Shown: positions 29,684 through 40,085 of the stretch, piece after piece | How the letters are laid out: each line of letters begins with the position of its first letter | Numbering within the stretch: position 1 is the first letter of the stretch | Assembly: GCA_902614085.1 (NCBI GenBank) | Contig: CACMJS010000001.1 | Location: 299,127-363,126 of the forward strand | Source of the DNA: an uncultured Alphaproteobacteria bacterium | GTDB lineage: Bacteria; Pseudomonadota; Alphaproteobacteria; HIMB59; GCA-002718135 | Direction of reading: 5' to 3' | DNA: 64,000 bases | Notes under the pieces: model-generated | The model's database searches: none | Told to the model about the DNA's origin: nothing | What the model saw: the letters and a program-made list of their open reading frames with translations, nothing else | Translations under genes and position numbers: made by a program

Positions 29684-29697
29684 AATCAATTTTTGCT

Positions 29698-30204
29698 TTG
29701 AGTAATAAAGATATTATTCTTGTTGGTCAGTTTGGATCTCCTGTAGGATTAAAAGGTGAAATAAAAGTTAATATGATGACTACCTCGTTTGAAGTTTTTA
29801 AAAATTTAAAAAACTATTATAATTTTGATGGTTCAGTTGCTTGGAATTTTAAAAATATTTTATTCAAAAATAATAAGTGTGTTGTTCAAGTTGAAAAATA
29901 CTTTTCTAGAGAAGATGTTTTAGAGCTTAAAGGTCAAAAAATTTTTTCAAATAAGAAATTTTTTCCAAAAATAAAAGATAATGAGTTTTACATAAACGAT
30001 CTAATCGAATGCATGATTTTCTTGAAAGACAATACTAGTATTGGAAAAGTTTTAAGTGTTCAAAATTTTGGGGCAGGTGATTTATTAGAAGTCAAATATA
30101 ATACGAAACTTATTCTTATACCTTTTGATAAAACAAATATTTTATCAGTTAATATTAATAAAAAAGAAATTATAGCTGATCCAATACCTGGTATTCTTGA
30201 TTAA
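29698..30204 (+). CDS. rimM: Ribosome maturation factor RimM
   Basis: GLKGEIKV, FYINDLI, NFGAGDLLEV. Confidence 0.93.
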   Translation: MSNKDIILVGQFGSPVGLKGEIKVNMMTTSFEVFKNLKNYYNFDGSVAWNFKNILFKNNKCVVQVEKYFSREDVLELKGQKIFSNKKFFPKIKDNEFYINDLIECMIFLKDNTSIGKVLSVQNFGAGDLLEVKYNTKLILIPFDKTNILSVNINKKEIIADPIPGILD

Positions 30205-30205
30205 A

Positions 30206-30904
30206 ATGAGAGTAGTAATTTTAACTTGTTATCCTGAGATGTTCCCTGGTTCACTAGGATATTCTGTAATCGGAAATGCATTAAACAATAAAAAATTTTC
30301 TCTCGAGATAGTCAATCTACATAATTTTGGAATTGACAAAAGAGGAAGTGTTGATGATGAACCTTTTGGGGGAGGCCCTGGAATGGTTATTCGTCCAGAT
30401 GTGATTGAAAAAGCATTAAATTCAATCACTTTCAAAACCGATAATTACTGCAAAATTTTTCTAACACCGTCAGGTCAGAAATTATCTCAAGCCAAACTTA
30501 ATAATCTATCAAAACATGATGAAATGCTTATTTTATGCGGTAGATTTGAAGGGGTTGACCAAAGAGCTATAGAAATTCTTGATTTTCAGGAAATAAGTAT
30601 CGGTGATTACGTCCTATCTGGTGGTGAGATTGCTGCCCAGGTGTTAGTTGAAGGTTGTATTCGTCTCATTCCTGGAGTATTAGGGCAGCCACAAAGTTTA
30701 TTAGAAGAATCTTTTTCTAATAATCTTCTTGAATATCCTCATTATACCAGACCACAAACCTGGGAAGATATTCAGGGAAATAAACATGAAGTTCCAGATG
30801 TTTTAACATCAGGTCATCATGAAAAAATTGATAAATGGAGAAAAGAAAAATCGGTTGAAAAAACTAAAGAATTAAGACCAGATCTTTATAAAAAGGAAAT
30901 ATAA
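30206..30904 (+). CDS. trmD: tRNA (m1G37) methyltransferase TrmD
   Basis: [42 protein letters not shown]; ATG 30206 preferred over TTG 30197. Confidence 0.97.
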   Translation: MRVVILTCYPEMFPGSLGYSVIGNALNNKKFSLEIVNLHNFGIDKRGSVDDEPFGGGPGMVIRPDVIEKALNSITFKTDNYCKIFLTPSGQKLSQAKLNNLSKHDEMLILCGRFEGVDQRAIEILDFQEISIGDYVLSGGEIAAQVLVEGCIRLIPGVLGQPQSLLEESFSNNLLEYPHYTRPQTWEDIQGNKHEVPDVLTSGHHEKIDKWRKEKSVEKTKELRPDLYKKEI

Positions 30905-30905
30905 A

Positions 30906-31511
30906 ATGAGTAATTTATTAGAGACATTTGAAAAACAACAGATTGAAAAGTTAACTTCAAAAAAAAGAGTTCCTGCTTTTCGTTCAGGTGATACTTTAAA
31001 AGTTACTGTAAGAATTACAGAGGGAAGTAAGTCGAGACTTCAAGCATTTGAAGGTATTTGTATTGCAAGAAAAAATAATTCAGTAAACTCTAACTTTACT
31101 GTGAGAAAAATATCTCATGGAGAGGGTGTTGAAAGAGTATTCCCTTTATTTAGTCCATTAGTAGAAAAAATTGAAGTTGTTAGAAAAGGCGATGTAAGAA
31201 GAGCTAAGCTATATTATCTAAGAGAATTATCTGGAAAGAAAGCAAGGATCGCAGATAAAGATAGGGGCGATGAAGCTGATCAATACGAATATATAGAAGA
31301 AGCTCCTCCGGTAGAAGAAACTAAAACTGCAGATACAGATACAAATGCTGCAGAGGAACCAAAAGCTGAAGAGGTAGAAGCAAAACAAGCAGAGATAAAA
31401 GCAGAAGAAGCAGAAGCCAAACCAGCAGAAGAATCTAAAGCAGAAGCTGCAGAGGAATCTAGTAAAGAAGAGGAAAAAGCAGCCGAAAATAAATCGGATG
31501 ACAATAAATAA
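30906..31511 (+). CDS. rplS: 50S ribosomal protein L19 with acidic C-terminal tail
   Basis: [36 protein letters not shown]. Confidence 0.97.
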   Translation: MSNLLETFEKQQIEKLTSKKRVPAFRSGDTLKVTVRITEGSKSRLQAFEGICIARKNNSVNSNFTVRKISHGEGVERVFPLFSPLVEKIEVVRKGDVRRAKLYYLRELSGKKARIADKDRGDEADQYEYIEEAPPVEETKTADTDTNAAEEPKAEEVEAKQAEIKAEEAEAKPAEESKAEAAEESSKEEEKAAENKSDDNK

Positions 31512-32901
31512 TCCTAAAACTCTTTTTGATAAAATTTGGGAACATCATCTTGTTGATAGACAAGAAGATGGAACTTGTCTTATATATATTGATAGACACC
31601 TTGTTCATGAAGTTACAAGCCCTCAAGCATTTGAAGGTTTAAGAAATAATAATCGTAAAGTTAGAAGACCCGAAAGTACTTTTGCTGTAGCTGATCACAA
31701 TGTTCCAACCTCAGATAGATCTAAAGGTATAGAGAATAAAGAAAGTAGAATTCAGGTTGAAACACTAGAAAAAAATTGCAAAGATTTTGATGTTACACTT
31801 TTTCCATTATTAGATAGCAGACAAGGTATAGTTCATATAGTTGGACCAGAACAAGGCATTACTCAGCCAGGTATGACAATAGTTTGTGGTGATAGTCATA
31901 CAGCAACACACGGAGCATTTGGTGCATTAGCTTTTGGTATCGGCACAAGTGAAGTTGAGCATGTATTAGCTACTCAGACCTTAATTCAAAAACCTGCAAA
32001 GAATATGCGAATTTCTGTTGAAGGTAAGTTAAACTTAGGTGTTACAGCAAAAGATATTATTCTTCATATAATAGGAAAAATAGGAACGGCTGGTGGAACT
32101 GGTTATGTTATTGAATATGCTGGTAATGCAATTTCCTCTCTTTCTATGGAAGGAAGAATGACAATATGCAATATGAGTATTGAAGCAGGTGCTAGAGCTG
32201 GTTTAATAGCTCCTGACGAAAAAACTTTTGAATATATTAAAGGTAGACCGTATGCTCCATCAGGAGATAATTGGAATAAAGCGGTAGAATTTTGGAAATC
32301 TCTTCCATCTGATGAGGGCGCAAAGTATGATGAAGAAATTTTAATTAATGCTGAAGATATTTCACCACAAATTACTTGGGGCACAAGCCCACAAGACGTT
32401 GTTGCTATAGATGGTATAGTACCAAACCCACAAGAAGAGAGTAATCCGAATAGAAAGAGGGCTATGGAACGTTCTCTTGAATATATGGGTTTAGAACCCA
32501 AACAAGAAATACAAAAAATTAAAATTGATAAAGTATTTATTGGCTCTTGCACTAATGGAAGAATTGAGGATTTAAGAGAAGTTGCCAAAGTTGTAGAAGG
32601 CAAAAAAGTTTCTGTAGACTCAATGATCGTTCCTGGTTCAGGTCTAGTTAAAAAACAAGCTGAAGAAGAAGGTTTAGATAAAATTTTTATTGAAGCAGGA
32701 TTTGATTGGAGAGAGCCAGGTTGCTCCATGTGTTTAGCTATGAATCCAGATCAATTAAAACCGCAAGAAAGATGTGCATCAACATCAAATAGAAATTTTG
32801 AAGGTAGACAAGGTAGAGAAGGTAGAACACATCTTGTTAGTCCTGCAATAGCTGCTGCCTCTGCAATCAAAGGTTCTTTTGCAACAGCAGAGGATTTATA
32901 A
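31498..32901 (+). CDS. leuC: 3-isopropylmalate dehydratase large subunit
   Basis: [47 protein letters not shown]. Confidence 0.98.
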   Translation: MTINNPKTLFDKIWEHHLVDRQEDGTCLIYIDRHLVHEVTSPQAFEGLRNNNRKVRRPESTFAVADHNVPTSDRSKGIENKESRIQVETLEKNCKDFDVTLFPLLDSRQGIVHIVGPEQGITQPGMTIVCGDSHTATHGAFGALAFGIGTSEVEHVLATQTLIQKPAKNMRISVEGKLNLGVTAKDIILHIIGKIGTAGGTGYVIEYAGNAISSLSMEGRMTICNMSIEAGARAGLIAPDEKTFEYIKGRPYAPSGDNWNKAVEFWKSLPSDEGAKYDEEILINAEDISPQITWGTSPQDVVAIDGIVPNPQEESNPNRKRAMERSLEYMGLEPKQEIQKIKIDKVFIGSCTNGRIEDLREVAKVVEGKKVSVDSMIVPGSGLVKKQAEEEGLDKIFIEAGFDWREPGCSMCLAMNPDQLKPQERCASTSNRNFEGRQGREGRTHLVSPAIAAASAIKGSFATAEDL

Positions 32902-33504
32902 ATGGAATCATTTAAAACAATAATTGGTATCCCTGCACCACTACCAATGATTAATGTCGACACCGATATGATCATTCCAAAACAATTTTTGAAAACAATA
33001 AAGAGATCTGGTTTAGGAAAAAACTTATTTCATGAATTAAGATACGATATTCAAGGTAACATAAAGAATGATTTTGTTCTTAACTGGGACCCTTATAAAA
33101 CTTCAAAAATTTTAATTGCTGGGGCAAATTTTGGTTGTGGATCAAGTAGAGAGCATGCACCATGGTCACTTTTAGATTTTGGTTTTAAGTCAATAATTGC
33201 ACCAAGCTTCGCAGATATTTTCTATAATAATTGTTTTAAAAATGGAATACTGCCAATTAAGTTAGATCAACAAAAGGTAGATATATTAATGAACGAAGCA
33301 GAAAATAAAAATGATGTTTCAGTTGATTTAGAAAATCAAAAAATTACTTATGAAAATAATAAAACAATAGAATTTGAAATTGATGCATTTCGAAAAAAAT
33401 GTTTGCTAGAGGGTTTGGATGATATTGGTTTGACGCTCCAAAAAAATAAAAAAATTGATGTTCACGAAGAAAAAATACACAGTTCGCAACCTTGGATAGT
33501 GTAG
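32902..33504 (+). CDS. leuD: 3-isopropylmalate dehydratase small subunit
   Basis: NVDTDMIIPKQFL, NFGCGSSREHAPW. Confidence 0.98.
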   Translation: MESFKTIIGIPAPLPMINVDTDMIIPKQFLKTIKRSGLGKNLFHELRYDIQGNIKNDFVLNWDPYKTSKILIAGANFGCGSSREHAPWSLLDFGFKSIIAPSFADIFYNNCFKNGILPIKLDQQKVDILMNEAENKNDVSVDLENQKITYENNKTIEFEIDAFRKKCLLEGLDDIGLTLQKNKKIDVHEEKIHSSQPWIV

Positions 33505-33510
33505 TCAAAA

Positions 33511-34623
33511 ATGAGTAATAAAAAAATTTTAATTTTACCTGGTGATGGAATTGGCAATGAAGTTATGGCTGAGGTATTAAAAATCATTGATTGGATGGAA
33601 AAAACTAAATCTTTATCTTTTGATATTTCTGAAAGATTAGTTGGTGGTACGGCATACGATAAAGAAGGTAATTCTATAAGTGATGAAACAATGCAAGTAG
33701 CTATGGATTGCGATGCAGTATTATTTGGTGCGGTAGGAGGCGCTAAATGGGATAACGTAGAAAGAGATAAAAGACCTGAAGCAGCCTTATTAAGATTAAG
33801 AAAAGACCTTGATCTCTTTGCTAATCTAAGACCAGCGGTTGTTTTAGATGCTCTTTCAGATTCATCATCTTTAAAATCTGATCTTGTTAAAGGATTAGAT
33901 ATTTTGATAATAAGAGAGTTAACAAGTGGTGTATATTTTGGTCAACCAAGAGGTATATCAAAAATTACTGAGACTGAAAGTAAGGCAGTTGATACTCAAC
34001 TGTATACCACATCAGAAGTTAATAGAGTTTCCCGAGTGGCATTTGATTTAGCAAAGTTGCGTAATAATAAAGTTACATCAGTAGAAAAATCAAATGTAAT
34101 GGAAACAGGTTTATTTTGGAAACAAACCGTAACAGATTTACATAAAAAGGAATATTCTGATGTTAATCTAGAACACATGCTTGCAGATAATTGTGCAATG
34201 CAGTTAGTTCGTTTTCCAAAACAATTTGATGTTATACTCACAGATAATTTATTTGGTGATCTTTTAAGTGATACTGCAGCTATGCTAACAGGATCTTTAG
34301 GAATGCTTCCTTCAGCAGCTCTTGGACCAGTTAAAGAAAATGGAACTAGAGCAGCAATGTATGAGCCCGTTCATGGTAGCGCACCAGATATAGCTGGTCA
34401 ATCTAAAGCAAATCCTTTAGCAATGATTATGAGCTTTGCTATGATGTTGAAATATAGTTTTGATATGCAAGAAGATAGTCAAATGATTGAGAAAGCTGTA
34501 CAGAATGTATTACTTAAAGGTTTAAGAACAGCTGATATAAAAGATGGAGCAGAAAAAATTATCTCAACTCAAGAAATGGGTAATGCTGTTATTGAAGAAT
34601 TAAAAATTCTATCTGGAAATTAA
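33511..34623 (+). CDS. leuB: 3-isopropylmalate dehydrogenase
   Basis: [34 protein letters not shown]. Confidence 0.98.
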   Translation: MSNKKILILPGDGIGNEVMAEVLKIIDWMEKTKSLSFDISERLVGGTAYDKEGNSISDETMQVAMDCDAVLFGAVGGAKWDNVERDKRPEAALLRLRKDLDLFANLRPAVVLDALSDSSSLKSDLVKGLDILIIRELTSGVYFGQPRGISKITETESKAVDTQLYTTSEVNRVSRVAFDLAKLRNNKVTSVEKSNVMETGLFWKQTVTDLHKKEYSDVNLEHMLADNCAMQLVRFPKQFDVILTDNLFGDLLSDTAAMLTGSLGMLPSAALGPVKENGTRAAMYEPVHGSAPDIAGQSKANPLAMIMSFAMMLKYSFDMQEDSQMIEKAVQNVLLKGLRTADIKDGAEKIISTQEMGNAVIEELKILSGN

Positions 34624-35667
34624 ATGACTCAAAGATACAATATAGCAGTAGCAGGAGCAACAGGTGCGGTAGGAACAGAAATAGTTCAAATATTAGAGCA
34701 AAGAGATTTTCCAATAGACAATTTATATTTACTTGCATCATCAAAATCAAAAGGCAAAAAAGTAGAGTTTAAAGATAAAGAAATTGTTGTAGAAGACTTA
34801 TCAGAATTTGATTTTTCAAAAGCTCACATTGGTTTATTTTCACCTGGTGGTAAAATTTCTGCAGAATATGCGCCAAAAGCAGCTAAAAAAGGATGTATTG
34901 TTATAGACAATACCTCTCATTTTCGAATGCAACAAAATATTCCTTTAATCGTTCCTGAAGTAAACGCTAATGCACTTGATGAATTTTTTGATGATGAAAA
35001 CAGAACTAATATTATTTCAAATCCTAACTGCTCAACTATACAAATGGTTGTTGCATTAAAACCACTTCATGAAAAAGCAATTATAAACAGAGTTGTTGTA
35101 TCAACATATCAAGCTGTTTCTGGAGCAGGTAAAACAGGTATGGATGAATTATTTAATCAGACTCAAAATGTTTATGCAAACCAAGAATTAAAAAAAGAAA
35201 AGTTTACAAAACAAATTGCTTTTAATGCGATTCCACACATTGGAGCTTTTTTAGAAAATGGTAATACAGAAGAAGAGCAAAAAATGATTGATGAAACAAA
35301 AAAAATTCTAGACGAGGGAATTAATGTTTCAGCAACTTGTGTTAGAACAGCTGTATTTATTGGCCATTCAGAAGCTGTAAATATAGAGTTTGACTCACCA
35401 TTAGACGAAAAAGAAGCTAACGAAATATTATCTAACTCTGAAGGTATTTCAGTAATTGATCATCGAAAAGATGAAGGTTACGTGACTCCAGTTGAAATTG
35501 CAGGAGAAGATAAAGTTTATATTAGTAGAATTAGAAATGATCAATCAATAGATAATGGTCTGAATCTATGGGTAGTTTCAGATAATTTGCGAAAAGGAGC
35601 GGCACTTAATGCTGTTCAAATTGCTGAGTTAGTAATTTCAAAGTACTCAGAAAAAATAACTATTTAA
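34624..35667 (+). CDS. asd: Aspartate-semialdehyde dehydrogenase
   Basis: GATGAVG, NPNCST, QAVSGAG, DNLRKGAALNAVQIAE. Confidence 0.98.
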   Translation: MTQRYNIAVAGATGAVGTEIVQILEQRDFPIDNLYLLASSKSKGKKVEFKDKEIVVEDLSEFDFSKAHIGLFSPGGKISAEYAPKAAKKGCIVIDNTSHFRMQQNIPLIVPEVNANALDEFFDDENRTNIISNPNCSTIQMVVALKPLHEKAIINRVVVSTYQAVSGAGKTGMDELFNQTQNVYANQELKKEKFTKQIAFNAIPHIGAFLENGNTEEEQKMIDETKKILDEGINVSATCVRTAVFIGHSEAVNIEFDSPLDEKEANEILSNSEGISVIDHRKDEGYVTPVEIAGEDKVYISRIRNDQSIDNGLNLWVVSDNLRKGAALNAVQIAELVISKYSEKITI

Positions 35668-35668
35668 T

Positions 35669-35743
35669 TGGCGGTCTCGTAGGGACTCGAACCCCAAATC
35701 CATGTTCCGAAGACACGTGTGATATCCATTTCACCACGAGACC
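35669..35743 (-). tRNA. tRNA-Arg (anticodon UCG)
   Basis: GGTCTCG-TG-GTGA-AATGGATA-TCAC-A-CGTGT-CTTCGGA-ACATG-GATT-TGGGG-TTCGAGT-CCCTA-CGAGACC-G-CCA: full cloverleaf, A20 Arg identity element, G37, encoded CCA. Confidence 0.95.
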
Positions 35744-35791
35744 TTTTGTTTATGAAACATTATATAGTATAAATTGAGTCTATAAAATATT

Positions 35792-36574
35792 ATGTCATTT
35801 TATCTATCTAAAATTTTATGGTTAATATTAAATCCTTTTAACATTTTTATTTTTATTACTTTGTTTTCAATTTCTTTATATTTTTTTAATTTGAGAAGAG
35901 TAAGTCTAATTATTTTTTTGATTAACTTTATATTTATTGCATTCATTTCTTTTATACCTATTGGAAGCTTTCTTATTTACAAAATTGAAAAGGAATATCA
36001 TTCACATATAAAAATTCCTGAATTAGTAGATGGTATACTAATACTTGGCGGAGCAACAGATCCATTACTTTTTAAAGAATATGATCAAATAAGTCTAAAT
36101 GGTTCTGCTGAAAGATTAGTTGAATCTGTAATGATTATTAAAAAATTTGATAAAGCTAAAGTTATTTTTAGTGGTGGATCAGGTATTATAAATAGACCTG
36201 ATCTTGGTCATTCACAAGTTGCTAAATCTTTTTACAAAAAAATAGGTATAGAAATCGACCAAATAATTTTTGAAGATCATTCAAGAAATACTTATGAGAA
36301 TATAATTTATTCAAAAAAAATCGCTAATCCAAAAATAAATGAAAATTGGTTATTAATAACATCTGCCTTTCATATGAAAAGAGCATTACTTATTGCAGAT
36401 AAACATAATTGGAAATTAATTCCCTATGCTGTAGATTTTAAAAATATTAGAAATTTTAAATTAACTCCTAATCTTAAATTATTAAAAAATCTAAATTCAT
36501 TCCAGCAAGGATCACATGAATGGCTAGGTTTAATTTCATATTATTTAATGGGAAGAACTGCCAAAGTTTTCTAA
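35792..36574 (+). CDS. YdcF/ElyC/SanA (DUF218) family membrane protein
   Basis: ILILGG, SRNTYEN, LITSAFHMKRA, HEWLG. Confidence 0.9.
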   Translation: MSFYLSKILWLILNPFNIFIFITLFSISLYFFNLRRVSLIIFLINFIFIAFISFIPIGSFLIYKIEKEYHSHIKIPELVDGILILGGATDPLLFKEYDQISLNGSAERLVESVMIIKKFDKAKVIFSGGSGIINRPDLGHSQVAKSFYKKIGIEIDQIIFEDHSRNTYENIIYSKKIANPKINENWLLITSAFHMKRALLIADKHNWKLIPYAVDFKNIRNFKLTPNLKLLKNLNSFQQGSHEWLGLISYYLMGRTAKVF

Positions 36575-37477
36575 TTTTTTAATAAAATCCTTTAAAATTG
36601 GATCTCTTTTTATTTCATAGACTATTTTAATTGGGTGCCTATTTTTATCTGAAGCCCATTTCATATCATCTAAAAGAATTGGAGATGGAATTGTGTTAGT
36701 TGGTGCCCAGTCTTCGTTTAAGACATAACCAACTGCTGCCATATCCCAAATTTCTTTTGACCAACCTTTATGGATACTATTGTACTCTTTAAATCGCATT
36801 GCTAGAAATTTACCGATTTCACCATGAGGTTCGATGTATTTTTCTATTTCTGGAACTGTTGAAATAAGATGTGAAGTTACTCCTTTACAAGGAACCATAA
36901 CGAGAGAAACACCGCTATCAAATAAAACTTGAGCACCTCCAATATCTTGCTTTAAATTAAATTCCAAATTTTGTGGCCAATAAAGCGCATTACCTCCCAA
37001 CCAAACTACAACAAGTTTTTTTATAATTTCTGGCTCTTTTAATATTGCAGACGCAACATTTGAAATAGCGCCGATAGCTAATACGTATAGAGGATCTTCT
37101 TCAGAACATTTTAAAGCACTTTCTATGATATTATCTGCTGCAGGCGAATTAATTGGTTTTTTTTCAAAACCTACATATTTTGTTGAGCCTTTAAAAACAA
37201 AATTATTTTTTTTAAAATTTATTTTTTCTAACAATCGAAAGATTTCATCGTAACTAAGCTCCATTCCCTTTTTTGGATTATTCGAACGATTATTCATTGA
37301 AAAAGGAGCTGCATTTATACTTTGCACTTCAATTTTTTCTTTTGAAAACAACATTTGCACTAAAGCAAATTGATCATCAATTTCATTGTAGGTATCTGTA
37401 TCAAGAATTGCTTTAATTTTCCCTTTTTTAAACTTAAGTTGTTTTAAAATATCTGAAAAATCTCTCTCTAAAAGCAT
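36545..37477 (-). CDS. Nucleoside hydrolase (IunH family)
   Basis: DTDTYNEIDD (DxDxxxDD) Ca-binding motif, EFNL, WD in place of catalytic HD. Confidence 0.88.
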   Translation of the reverse strand: MLLERDFSDILKQLKFKKGKIKAILDTDTYNEIDDQFALVQMLFSKEKIEVQSINAAPFSMNNRSNNPKKGMELSYDEIFRLLEKINFKKNNFVFKGSTKYVGFEKKPINSPAADNIIESALKCSEEDPLYVLAIGAISNVASAILKEPEIIKKLVVVWLGGNALYWPQNLEFNLKQDIGGAQVLFDSGVSLVMVPCKGVTSHLISTVPEIEKYIEPHGEIGKFLAMRFKEYNSIHKGWSKEIWDMAAVGYVLNEDWAPTNTIPSPILLDDMKWASDKNRHPIKIVYEIKRDPILKDFIKKLENFGSSSH

Positions 37478-37485
37478 ATCTTAAT

Positions 37486-38079
37486 TTACCAAGAACTATT
37501 CGGTTGTGTTAAAAATACCTCTTCTTCATTTGTTGATTTTCTATTAAGTATTTTATTTCTATGCGGATACCTTCCAAATTTTTTAATTGCCACGCTATGA
37601 TCATTCCAAGCTTTTTTAATATTAGTATATTCTGAATGATTATTTAAATATTGATCGACTAATTTATGACCAAGTTCATGATCCATGATATCCTCACTAT
37701 GAATTAATGGCAGTAATAAAAAATGTATTTTATCAATTTCTAGGCTGTCTAAATATCTTTTATTTATTGCTTCTTTAACAATTAAAACACACTTAGTATC
37801 CTGGTCATAAGCTTTTGAATTATTTCTGAAAAAATTTCTTGATAGTTGATCAAGTAATATAATCAAAGCTACACATTCTTCAGCATCATTTATCCAATTA
37901 TCATATTCATTATTAATAGCCTTAATGTAATCATCCATAAAACTACTTTTCAATATATTATCAAATTCATCATCTTTTTTAAACCACTGCTCAAGAGGAG
38001 TTTTGATGAAACAAAATTCTAGAATAGCTTTAGCTCTTTCATTAATCACAGAGCTGTAATATAAATATATATCTTCCAA
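37486..38079 (-). CDS. DUF924 family protein
   Basis: WFKKDDEFD, IILLDQLSRNFFR, FGRYPHRNKILNRKST; start could be GTG at 38049. Confidence 0.9.
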   Translation of the reverse strand: MEDIYLYYSSVINERAKAILEFCFIKTPLEQWFKKDDEFDNILKSSFMDDYIKAINNEYDNWINDAEECVALIILLDQLSRNFFRNNSKAYDQDTKCVLIVKEAINKRYLDSLEIDKIHFLLLPLIHSEDIMDHELGHKLVDQYLNNHSEYTNIKKAWNDHSVAIKKFGRYPHRNKILNRKSTNEEEVFLTQPNSSW

Positions 38080-38751
38080 ATGACATTAAGTAATTTAAAC
38101 AAATCCATTATTCATTGTAGAAAGTGTGAACGCTTAGTTAACTTCCGTGAAAAAATTGCTAAAGAAAAAAGAAAACAATATATTGATCAAATTTATTGGG
38201 GTAAGCCAATTACTGGTTATGGAGATGAAAAAGCTAAATTGTTAATGGTAGGTCTTGCGCCAGCAGCACATGGAGGAAATAGAACAGGTCGAGTTTTTAC
38301 AGGGGATAAATCCGCAGATTTTTTATTTTCCTGTTTATATAAAACTGGATTTGCAAACCAACCAGATTCAGTAGATAGAGGTGACGGATTAGAACTTCAA
38401 AATATGTACTTAACTACTGCTCTTAAATGTGTACCCCCAGAAGATAAACCTACGTCACAAGAATTGAAAACATGTTTTAATTTTTTTAATCAAGAAATTG
38501 CTTTCTTAAAAAAAATAAAAGTCATTGTTGCCCTTGGTAAAATTGGTCATGACGCCTGTGTAAATTATTATAAGCAACAATATGAAATACGAAATAAAGA
38601 TTTTATTTTTTCTCACGGATCTATGAATATTTTACCTGATAAGAAAATTTTAGTTGGTAGTTATCATCCAAGCCCACGAAATGTTAACACAGGAAGAATA
38701 GATAAAAGTAAAATGGTAAAGCTTTTAAATAGTATTAAAAAATTGCTTTAA
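38080..38751 (+). CDS. Uracil-DNA glycosylase family 5 (UdgB-like, Fe-S)
   Basis: CRKCERL, GLAPAAHGGNRTGRVFTGD, KCVPP, YHPSPRN. Confidence 0.92.
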   Translation: MTLSNLNKSIIHCRKCERLVNFREKIAKEKRKQYIDQIYWGKPITGYGDEKAKLLMVGLAPAAHGGNRTGRVFTGDKSADFLFSCLYKTGFANQPDSVDRGDGLELQNMYLTTALKCVPPEDKPTSQELKTCFNFFNQEIAFLKKIKVIVALGKIGHDACVNYYKQQYEIRNKDFIFSHGSMNILPDKKILVGSYHPSPRNVNTGRIDKSKMVKLLNSIKKLL

Positions 38752-38757
38752 ACTATA

Positions 38758-39948
38758 ATGAAAAATTTTTTTTTAAATGATCCTAATCTCTTAGTATACG
38801 GATTTGTCATGGTCTTCTTTGCAAGTTTTGGACAGACTTTTTACATTGCATTATTTAACGATGATATTCGAAATCTGTATAAAATAACAGATGGTGAGTT
38901 TGGATTAGTGTACGCCATAGCAACGCTTGTAAGTTCATTTTTATTTATAAACTTTGCTAAATTAATAGATAAAATTGATTTAAGATTATACTCCATAGGT
39001 ATTATTCTTGGTTTAGCTTTTGCTTGCACTGGTTTTTATTTTATTTTCGATAATATTTTTCATCTTTTTCTTATTTTATTTTTATTACGTTTTTTTGGAC
39101 AGGGAGCTATGACACATGCCGGCTCAACTTCAATGGCAAGATATTTTTTAATTGATAGAGGTAAGGCAATATCTGTTGCAACACTTGGAGGAATGTTAGG
39201 TATAATGTTTTTACCAAAGATTATCGTTAATTTGGACTCATACTTTAGTTTTAAAACTCTTTGGTTTTTAACAACTTTGACTCTTTTGATCTTAATACCA
39301 ATAATATACTTTATTCTTCATAATCAAAAAAGTAGGGATGCTGCTTTTCAAAAAAATATTGATAATGAGAAAACACATAAAAGTTGGACCATTACAGAAA
39401 TTTTAAAAGACCGAGTTTTTTTCATTTATTTTCCATTAGTTGCAGCCTTTCCATTTATTGGTACTGGGCTAATGTTTCATCAGATTTATATTTTTGATGC
39501 TAAAGGGTGGACAATGGAAATGCTTGGGAACGGTTATATATATTTTGGATTATTTTCTATTTTAGGTTTATTAATAGGAGGACCCTTAATAGATAAGATA
39601 AATACAAAAAAAGCAATACCTTTTGTGCTATTACCTTTGTTACTCTGTATCACCATTCTTTTTTTCTTTAATAATTATTGGTCATTCGTGCTTTACATGT
39701 CTTTATTTGGATTTAACTTAGGTTTATCAGCACCGTTTATGGGATCACTCTGGGCAGAAATTTATGGAGTGAAAAGTATTGGAACTGCTAAAGCTTTACT
39801 GCACGCAGTTGGGGTATTTGCAAGTGCCTTATCGCCTGTAGTTTTTGGTTATATTATTGATTGGGGTTATGGAATATCAGTTATATTTTTAATCAGCTTC
39901 ATTATGATTGTTGTATCATCAATTTTACCTATAATTTATAAAACATGA
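38758..39948 (+). CDS. MFS transporter
   Basis: ~12 TM segments, LIDKIDLR motif-A-like repeat, RGKAISVATLG. Confidence 0.88.
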   Translation: MKNFFLNDPNLLVYGFVMVFFASFGQTFYIALFNDDIRNLYKITDGEFGLVYAIATLVSSFLFINFAKLIDKIDLRLYSIGIILGLAFACTGFYFIFDNIFHLFLILFLLRFFGQGAMTHAGSTSMARYFLIDRGKAISVATLGGMLGIMFLPKIIVNLDSYFSFKTLWFLTTLTLLILIPIIYFILHNQKSRDAAFQKNIDNEKTHKSWTITEILKDRVFFIYFPLVAAFPFIGTGLMFHQIYIFDAKGWTMEMLGNGYIYFGLFSILGLLIGGPLIDKINTKKAIPFVLLPLLLCITILFFFNNYWSFVLYMSLFGFNLGLSAPFMGSLWAEIYGVKSIGTAKALLHAVGVFASALSPVVFGYIIDWGYGISVIFLISFIMIVVSSILPIIYKT

Positions 39949-40085
39949 ATAAACAAATAATGGAGAGTCTTAATTTTCTAATCAAGGAATATAAACGATT
40001 AAAAAAGAAAAAAGAAAATAGAAGCATCAGCAGTGATGAACTAGAAACTTTAAAACAACTTGAACAATACTTAGGTAAAAAATAA
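39945..40085 (+). CDS. 46-aa small protein translationally coupled on both sides (not in ORF track)
   Basis: MNKQIMESLNFLIKEYKRLKKKKENRSISSDELETLKQLEQYLGKK; ATGA overlap with MFS stop, TAATG overlap with zapE start. Confidence 0.7.
   Translation: MNKQIMESLNFLIKEYKRLKKKKENRSISSDELETLKQLEQYLGKK

Noticed and set aside
29399-29705. Cys/Phe-rich antisense ORF and alternative-frame ORF over the rpsP tail; repeats resembling a CRISPR array
   Set aside because: By-products of the 57-nt coding repeat; there are no spacers and no cas genes
31280-31504. Ser/Ala-rich antisense ORF over the rplS tail
   Set aside because: Shadow of low-complexity Glu/Ala codons
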